NCBI RefSeq assembly: GCF_964204645.1
Contig: NC_134028.1
Location: 19,661,653-19,725,652, forward strand
Source of the DNA: Tubulanus polymorphus
Lineage: Eukaryota > Animalia > Nemertea
Direction: 5' to 3'
Length of the DNA stretch: 64,000 nt
A model generated the notes under the pieces. The model worked only from the letters and a program-made list of their open reading frames with translations, did no database searches and had not been told where the DNA came from. Below are positions 23,796 to 64,000 of the stretch, piece by piece (position 1 is the stretch's first letter; each line of letters opens with the position of its first letter). The translations under genes and the position numbers were made by a program.

Positions 23796-24145
23796 ACATT
23801 TGAAGCTGTGACTGCTCGTCGGCAAGATTTTTCTGGATCGTACGGAGAGTAACCAGTGGCCCACGGGAATGAATAGCAACTCTCCAGACTTTTGCGTCGA
23901 AACTCTTTATTGGTTTGTTCATTTTGATGGTTTTTGTGTCATTTCTTGAAAAGCTTTTAACTGCCTAAAATAATCATAAATTTGTTCATGTTTTCATGTC
24001 AAATGAAGGTTACCAGGTTATATTCTACTGTATTTGTATGTTTAAAAGAAAATAAATTTTAATTTAGGCCTACCTGTAAAATCACATCTTTTTGTTGAAC
24101 AATTACATGATATAACGTTTTGGCGGCGATGACGGAAGTAATAGG

Positions 24146-25071
24146 CAAATATTTAAGATCACATAAATCAAAATCAAATCATTGTAATCTTTAGAAAGTA
24201 TTATATTACTTTTTCTTTCATTGAAAGGAGTTTTAAGAATATTAATTATGTTTTCATCTAAAGTTCCTTTATAATTAAAAACTGTATTGAATATTTTAGG
24301 ATTTTTAGCGCCGTTATTAAAAGTATCAATTAGTTCAGTAATTGAATATGTTTCATTTGATAATATTTGATTAATTACAGTAATATTTTCAATTTTATAA
24401 TGTCTTGCGGACACTAAATTTGTTGCTGAAATATAATTCTTAATGTTAAACTGTGAAAATGATTTATTGGTTTCATTGATTTCGATTTTAAAGTTGGGTT
24501 CTTCTTCTTTCTTCATTTTTATAACAAAATTTTTGTTAAAACTCATTCAAATATAAATATTCAATGTTTTAAATATGAATAATTTCACTCGTTAATTACT
24601 CATTACTTTTTATATTAAAAATCAAGAATTTAACACATATAAATATAAATATTCACTGTTTTAAATATGAATTATTTCACTCGTTAATTACTCGTTACTT
24701 TTATGTTTAAAAATAAGAATCTAACATATATAAATATAAATATTCACTGTTTTAAATATGAATTATTTTACTCGTTAATTACTCGTTGTTTTTATACTGA
24801 AAATAAGAATTTAACATATATAAATATAAATATTCACTGTTTTAAAACACTCACACTTTACTCACACTTTTTATGTTTAAAAATTGATTTTAATTCTAGC
24901 AACTCGTTAATTACTCGTTACTTTTTCTCACACATTTTATGTTTGCACTTTACTCACGCTTTACTCACACTTTTTATATTGAAAATTGATTTTTTATTAT
25001 TCAAAATCTATATTTGATCTTATTTTTCTAGATTATTATGCTAACACTTTACTCAATATGAATATTTTAAG
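24146..25071 (-). mobile_element. AT-rich insertion with a 147-aa ORF and about 91-bp tandem repeats; relative of 18494-19612
   Basis: Flanked by the 9-bp direct repeat AGTAATAGG (24137-24145, 25072-25080). ORF 24103..24546 is clearly homologous to the ORF remnant at about 18590-19030. Confidence 0.7.
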
Positions 25072-25221
25072 AGTAATAGGGAATAAGTTGTTTCACATCA
25101 AAGGTTGAAGGTGCTCATAAAAAATGAAAAAATAAATTCGAGCTTGCGAGAATTTATTTTTTCATTTTTTATGAGCTTGACCTTTCGACCTTTGGTATGA
25201 AACAACTTATTCCCTATTACT
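25072..25221. mobile_element. 150-bp palindromic MITE
   Basis: TIR AGTAATAGGGAATAAGTTGTTTCA...TGAAACAACTTATTCCCTATTACT. The compound insert 24137-25221 is flanked by GACGGA/GGCGGA (6-bp TSD, one mismatch), and its removal restores the DUF3987-like frame GLES(A/V)IAAKTLY. Confidence 0.8.
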
Positions 25222-26404
25222 GGCGGATTCTAATCCAATCGTTTTATTGAATCGGAATTCATTTTCTTTGTCCGTTAAAAAGTGATGTAGGTATTGACTT
25301 TGGATACTTAAGATGACTGCAATCCTTAGAATGTGCATAGCATCTTTTGAACTTACGAGACTCGTTTCTTCAATATTTTCATCTGGAACAAACATGATTT
25401 TGAGTGCAACTGAAGACACGAACCCGTATTTTAATAATGGTTATTTTGAAATAGCAGGAGACTTGAAATCCTGAGTTAAATTTTTTGAGAATTCTGTCAT
25501 TATGCAAACTGAATTCAAATGAACAAATAGTGGTAATTTATATATAAACTTTCTTTATCAATGATTTTTTCAAACCTTCTACATGAAGAGGTTTTAAGAT
25601 ACATACCGTCACTCGAGTGTGAATCGTACATTCGGTTCATATACATTACAAATTCGCCACGAATTTTGTTGAACGCGGTTGTTGCCTCTGGGGAATGTTT
25701 TAAAACCGTTTCCTTAGAATTTGAAATCATTCTAAATTGCCTCGAATATGGGAATGAAACTTTCTAATCCTGATTGTGACAACAGTTTATAAATATCTTT
25801 ACAAACGCTCGACGGTTGGATCATTGGTTTGGAGACGATGAACAAGAACCTATCCCAGAATCCGTTTCACCACATTGTTGACTTGCCCCGTTAATCATTT
25901 CCTAAAACATGGGTTCTGGTTGAATGAACACAAGCATAGATCTTGCCCTCTTGTTCCTGTTGACAATGTTGATGCATCGCAATGTCCACCCCATAAAATA
26001 TACTTTATTAAGAAAACTCCTTTCTGATTCGTCATTACGTTGTTTCGTATTAATTTCGGCCATCAGCTTCGCACCTTCGTCCTCGCTTATCAAGCCATAC
26101 CCTCGGTTTTCTTTTTGATGGTTTTGTATTCCAGCGGAGGTGTATTTACCGATCAACAATGATTATCACTTTTTTGCATAAACCCTATTGGCTGGTATTA
26201 CGATCTCATCAAATGCTCGCGATTTACCTCTTCCACACCAGCAAAGACATGCAATAAACGTGTTTAGGGTTGATGTAAAATCACCGTCTTCCGTTTCAGC
26301 TACACATCCAGGCCCTGTCACTGTCAGACTTGCTGTTATTAGTAGCAATGCCCCAACTAAAAGATCGAGTGGACAGTTTTTTTGCCCTTGAGTAGGTTAG
26401 TAGC

Positions 26405-26952
26405 CTAATGTCTATTTATTAATGAATGAGACCTGTTTTTCTTGGATATTTTGCTTACTTTTTGGGGTACATACCTCATTTATGTCTTAACAGAATGCCA
26501 AAAATCGCGGACAACAACTGAATATCCGATATATTTCCAGTTCTGTACCATTTAGATGGATTGGCAAAAAGACTCCTTAAGTCCAGTTGAATGAGAGAGA
26601 AAATCCTCCATTTTGTGAAATTTCTTGAATTTTTACATTGTCACCATGCCTACGACATGAAGTTATTTTTCTTGTGGGGTCTCAACAACTAAATCAGGGT
26701 GGCGTAGGCATGGTAACAATGTTCAAATCCAAGAAATTTGACAAAATGGAGGATTTTCTCTCTCATTCAACTGGACTTAAGGAGTCTTTTTGCCAATCCA
26801 TCTAATTGGTACAGAACTGGAAATATATCGGATATTCAGTTGTTGTCCGCGATTTTTGGCATTCTGTTAAGACATAAATGAGGTATGTACCCCAAAAAGT
26901 AAGCAAAATATCCAAGAAAAACAGGTCTCATCAATTAATAAATAGACATTAG
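26405..26952. mobile_element. Foldback element: about 250-bp near-perfect inverted arms with about 45-bp spacer, inserted near the 5' end of the DUF3987-like gene
   Basis: 26405-26657 is the reverse complement of about 26701-26952. Confidence 0.9.
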
Positions 26953-27799
26953 ATCCTTAACCATTCTAGTTCCTGTTCGTTGACAATTTCTGACCATGGT
27001 ACTTTAATTTTCCATGCTTTTTTATATATTTTAGCAATATCGGAGCTGCATAGAATTGATCTCGACATCTCGGCAATTGTCTTTGATCTGACTAAACAGT
27101 TTAATCAGTTTAATTACAAATTCAATCAAGATATGTATCCATAGTAACACTAATGACAGTGGCTGAAAGAAACTATGGACGCAGTGTGCTATAACAATAG
27201 AATCTTCGGTATCACACGAATTACACTATAGGTAATGAATTCAATTCGCAAATTCTTAGTTCTAAGATTCTAAGAGACGTATTTTGTAAGCTATAGTAAA
27301 AAGTGATAAGAATTAAAAGTTATTCACATACTCTTAATGTTGAGTTGACTGGTTTACTGGCTCGATTCGTGAAGTTTACATTGATCCAAGAAGTGGCAAC
27401 GTTACAGCACCCACGCCTCATTGATGCCTCGTTTGGGAGGTTTTATTCTACAAGTTCCTGTGGCTTCCGATTCACCCTGGCCGTGGATTTAAAAAATCAT
27501 GTCCTTATGTGCCACAGTTTTTCAAGAAATCAATCATCATGTGCAACAGTTCACTCGGGCTCTTTCTGTTCTATTGATAAATAAATCGACTTAAAGTTAC
27601 GGGTCTTGTCGTCTTATCCTTCCAACCAAGATATTCGACGTTTCTTTCAGATGTTTCCTCAATCTATGACCACAATAACGACCGAATCTTATCTATTTTT
27701 CTTCTTATCTGGTAAAAATTTATTCTAAAATCTACGATTAAAAACATACCCGGGATAGAAATCATTTTAAAAACAAACAGCATCGACTGCTGCTGCAAT

Positions 27800-59446
<31,647 letters not shown>

Positions 59447-61685
59447 GTTTAAAATCCGTTTTCTTTAGATTTCTTCGTTTCTTTAGTTTATTTACACAAG
59501 AAATATTCAGTAGCTGAGATTGAATTCACAACGCGTTGAACATTGATTCACAATCAAAAATACAGAAATAAAAACTATCGGTAGTTTGAATAATAGAATC
59601 TAAATCCACACATAACTGTAATATATCTATATATCTAAATATAATATATTCCACCTGTCTCAATTAAAACCGGAATGAATTCGGTTTTGATTTTCGCAGT
59701 TAAATTCTTTCTCACGACGTAGTTTTTCAAACTCGTTGTGATCTGTTTGACGCGTGTCTCGTCGCTGTCAAATACACGAGTAACTGTTGTAACCGCGCGA
59801 GGATCAACCTGCCAGCGACCACCTGTGACTCCGTGGGGCCCATATCGCGGGGCGTTTATCGACTGTTTCTGTCAGAAGTAGCCACTTAACTTCGCTTAAA
59901 ATGCATAATTTACCATCTGTAGGCCTCTTTGGTAGGAATGGTAGTTAGGAATATTCAATTGTAAGTTTTCGGCAATACAAACTATAAGATTTACCTTCAT
60001 TTATGTATACCGTTAAATGGCAATTCTTAATTCAAAAGCTGTGACTTTTCAAAAAGGGTATGTCGGCAAAACTAGAATCTATAATTCATATTTGCATGAT
60101 ATTGGACTATTTGTATTACTCTTGAGTTGTAGCTTGATATTTTATGGCAGTTCTTTTTTTTTCAAAGGTGTACTTTATTTAGGCAATAATTCGTGATTCA
60201 CATTAATGAAACTAAAGCTACCGGGTTCCACCGTCAACCGATAGAAATGTTAAGCAAAATAGATAGGGATCATTTAATTTTGGTCGAAAACGGTGAAGGC
60301 TACGCCTAAGAAACTGCATCCAGAGTTTAGAACAAGTTTCATTTAATCCAAAATGGCCACAAGTTAGCCATTTTCGATATAACTACATGTATTTCATTAA
60401 TAAAACATTGATAAGAATTGCAATACACGTTGCATTCATTCATGATGCCCTACACAGATGCAGCCTACATATTTAGGCCCACAGCATGTAAATATGAAGG
60501 CTGCATCAATAATGATGCATTTCGATAATCCGTATGACCGCCAGTCAACCAACTTGAATGGAACTACCGGTACGAACGGTTGTTGAAAATTCATGAAGTT
60601 TGATGTATACTTCATTACGTCGTATCAAATTACCAGTATCCCTTTTAATCATTATTTCAGCCATCATCGTCCTCAGGAACACAAGAATGGGATCGACGTA
60701 GACCGAGCTGTCATCGCAATTATCAAAACGACTACGGTACAAACGTTTGTTTTCCCGACCCTGCCAAATCAAATGTTATAGCGAGAAAACTAAACTTCAT
60801 CGCGAGAAAACAATAATCTAACGCGAGAAAACAAATTATTTTTGTCTTCTCGCACTAAATCTAAATTTTTGTGATATTTTTTTCAGATTTTTTGGTCGAA
60901 ATATTTCGAAGACTACCCGAACCTTGCCTGGTTTATGAGGGTTAATCACTCCGTCGGCACTGGCTTCATCGCTTGATAGTTCTCTGGCGTTACGTTACCC
61001 ATTCACGGTCTCTTAGAAGGGTTGCGCAAAATGGGGTCTCACAGGAAGCGTCTTAGGAGATGTTGGATTGCTCATTGACGAAGTTCAACCCATATGATTT
61101 GAGAAAATTTGCGCGCTGATCCCAAAAGATTCACTCATTGGTAACAATTCTTCATTTGTGTTTGTTCTATAGATGCACATGCTTCCACACTAACTGTATT
61201 TTAAATCAAATGATTTTAAAACTGAAAGTTTCACCCCAAGTTGTGAATTTGCTCATGATCTGTGCATCTAATTTTCAAAGATTTTCTGCACAAGTACTCC
61301 CAGGACCCGACATTTACGCAGGTAACTCACTCTGCTCGAGAGGGAATCCTCATTCTGTTCTAATGTAGCCTACTAAGTATTATTGATTAATATTGTGTAT
61401 AAATGTTCTTTTATTATAAAGCGATTGAACACAATATATACTGGTATATACATATTGATGTATACATATAGAAATTTGTTCAATGTAAATGAATAGTATA
61501 AAATTGAATATAATCTAAATGAATTACTGATGCTTATACAGACAGCAGCAGTTCATACTCCGTTGCTAAATATTAGTTATAAACACATTTCTACACAAAT
61601 CAATGGTATCTTACAAAATCACATTAAAGCCAGTTTCGATGAACAGAATGTTTGCAGTAACTCAGTGAATGTTTGCAGTAACCCT

Positions 61686-64000
61686 CTAACCATGTGATAT
61701 CTGTAGCTCCTCGAGTCCCATCCGCCCTCGGTGAGTCCAGATTCGATATCGGGCTAAATCTTTACGCGTTACAATTCCAATTACCTGAAAACATAGCAAG
61801 GTGGAAAGGAGGCTCATAAATGGCTAAAGGACAGCAGTGGTGCCCAGGTCCATGCCGAGGGGGGTTCAGGTTTTTAGCAAACAAACCCCCTAAAACGTGC
61901 CCTTCAAAAAGTTTGTGTCAAAAAATCTGGGTCAAGTTCGAAATTTGGCTATAATTATAATTTTTTTTTGTAATTATAAAGTAATCCATTCTAAAATGAT
62001 TTATTCAGTTTCCCGGACACTTCATATTCAAGATATGGCCTTTTCCAATGAGAAAGACCTCCTTTTTATGGTGAAAAGTGCCCTTTCTCTTGAAATAGAA
62101 CTGCCCATAAAAAAGCTCAACACAGGCCAGAGGAGCGGGTATTAGCAGGCATGGTACTTACATTATTTTGATGATCAATAACTACAGTGTGCCTCAACCC
62201 TAAACCACGAAATAATTTAAACAATCGCGGCAGAGACATTGTCTGAAATACACAACAAATACACATGTCCTGTATCAACACGCTATACATATTGACCACT
62301 GTATGAATATATGAATACAGATAAACGTTGTAAGAAACATACCTCTAATACAAGGTAAGGAGCAGGATTCATGTATGGACGCAGGTCTATATAACATTCT
62401 CTTTCATGTCGAGATATATGAATTTGCTGAAACGTTGAAATATGGAACATTAAACAGCAGAAATCAAGCGAAATGTTTGAATTAACAAGCCACAAGATCA
62501 ATACGTACATGAATGGATGGAAATCTCGGATATTCTTCCCTAAAATCACTAGATTTTAATTTTTTCGCAGCCTCATGACCGGTCATAGTCTCTTGAAATA
62601 CCTGTCAAAATAAATATCGTTGACGAGGGGAGCCGCTAGTGATTTGAATAGTTGCTTGATTGATCAAGTCAAAACTGTACCTTCATCTTTAGCAGAACAA
62701 TCAGTTGATTTCTGAGAATTAAACCTTGAAACGTCCCAAAACACCCAGATTCATTGGGGGCCTAGAAAAATCAAACATAGTACCAAGTACGGAGTTTAGG
62801 AGGCACAGCAAACCCCCAAAACACAACGCATAGTACGTGGTGGCGCCAACAGCACTGCGGGCACTCCGAATCACAAACACATAGTACATTGTACAGCCTA
62901 CAGGGGGCACTACAGATCCCCTAAATAAAAACACATAGTAAATTGTACCGCCTAGAGGTGGCACTGCAGATATCCAGAAAAACTGCGAGCCAGGAAAACA
63001 TACAGTATATCACAGTAGGCCTATAAACGCATGCATCTGCACACCTGGTCTAGTGTGGCAGGGGTTCGTGCTGTGGCTGAGTGTGGCGATGCCCAGGTTT
63101 GAATACCTGCCGAGGATGTAGGGAGCACAGAAGGCCTAGAAAACATAGTAAATTGTACTATCTAACGCAGATACGCGAGGCCAGTAAACACTAACACATT
63201 AACAATACATTGTACACTGTATATTGTACTGTACACAGGGGGCGCTCTAAACATAGAACAGTACATAGAACATCATATAGCACCAAAAGAGGCAGAATAA
63301 CATGAACATTATACCTGTTCAGGATCGATATCACAGACTACCGGGAAACCATTATGAGTTTCTTTCTTCAAAACGTCTACAATTCTTCCAACTTTTTCAA
63401 CAGTTCTTAACACGACCACAGGATGACTCATCACCTCTCTACAGATATACAACAAAATTCCTTACAGACAGAATTTCCCTTATATAATATTTACATTAAC
63501 CTGGTTTAACACTTACGTAGCGGATATATTAGCAGATATCGGCGGAGCGTCCCACAGTAATAGAGGTACACTCTGCAATTGTATGTGTATATCATACAAA
63601 CCCTACATAAAAAAAAAACATGAATAATAAAGTCATTACACAAACACTAAACCAGGATTAAAATAATACAAACCTCATTAAAATAATCCCCGACCCACTT
63701 GGCAACCATCAATATAATCATTATAGGTAAACCGAATGTGATACTTCCAGTTGCCTCGATGAGTATTACAGTTAAACTGATAGTCATTCTGACAACACCG
63801 CCTAACATCGCAGCAGCGCCTAATAGAGCGTATTTACCAGGGAGAGCCCAAGCCTACAAATACACATTATAATCAACAATCTATTAATAATCCTGGATTA
63901 GAGCGCGACGGAGGGGGAGGGGGTAATACTCACTAGATTCGGCCCGAGATATTGCACTAGTATTCCGATAAGACGACCCCAGGCAGCACCGGTCAGTAAA
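61686..64000 (-). CDS. CLCN7: H+/Cl- exchange transporter CLC-7, 3' portion
   Basis: Exons 63934->64000, 63674-63853, 63517-63602, 63315-63438, 62681-62761, 62509-62601, 62343-62426, 62162-62242 and 61686-61784 (TAG). They encode [42 protein letters not shown]1 (HNGFPVV), [13 protein letters not shown] and CBS2 ([11 protein letters not shown]...FRGLGLRH...[12 protein letters not shown]). Confidence 0.94.

Larger units (their letters stand above)
21905..27068 (-). pseudogene. Spliced DUF3987-like (YfjI-related) P-loop NTPase gene, disrupted by insertions and frameshifts
   Basis: ATG at 27068. Segments 27068-26953, 26404-25607, 25409-25222, 24136-24074, 23964-23791 and 22155-21905, with GT-AG introns 25606-25410, 24073-23965 and 23790-22156 in consistent phase (one frameshift in 23964-23791). 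Motifs: GRGKS (Walker A), TSAG, SEDEG (Walker B), FIQP, NGFWDRFLF, SKDAMHILRIAVIL, GPLVTLR and C-terminal LQELSRKNLG...FFKKLP. Confidence 0.8.

Noticed and set aside
21400-27300. Termini of the second Merlin-associated element
   Set aside because: No convincing TIR pair or 8-9 bp TSD found by eye, so element boundaries are not claimed.

Overview
AT-rich, intron-rich eukaryotic DNA, most consistent with a marine invertebrate (probably lophotrochozoan; inference). Three host genes lie on the minus strand. (1) 1-14473: a tandem array of at least 8 near-identical 249-nt symmetric (phase 1-1) exons, each encoding one kringle domain; one copy has an in-frame TGA. (2) 27800-59446: a complete TRPA1-like channel gene (about 16-17 ankyrin repeats, 6 TM, about 1117-1207 aa). 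It has two duplicated 174-nt exons that each encode pore helix, selectivity filter and S6 (candidate mutually exclusive pore exons), and two candidate alternative first exons. (3) 61686-64000: the 3' part of a CLC-7 chloride/proton exchanger gene. Mobile DNA is abundant. Two different Merlin (IS1595/ISXO2-type DDE) transposase loci are each linked to a DUF3987-like P-loop NTPase gene; in one, the transposase lies antisense inside the last intron of the spliced NTPase gene. Also present are an internally deleted BEL/Pao element with apparently identical LTRs, an env-bearing Gypsy-like relic, LINE remnants, a Harbinger/MADF derivative, many MITEs and foldbacks, a 50-bp minisatellite and long microsatellites. 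Exon structures were reconstructed by eye from GT-AG sites and reading phase, and family names come from motif recognition; no database search was run.
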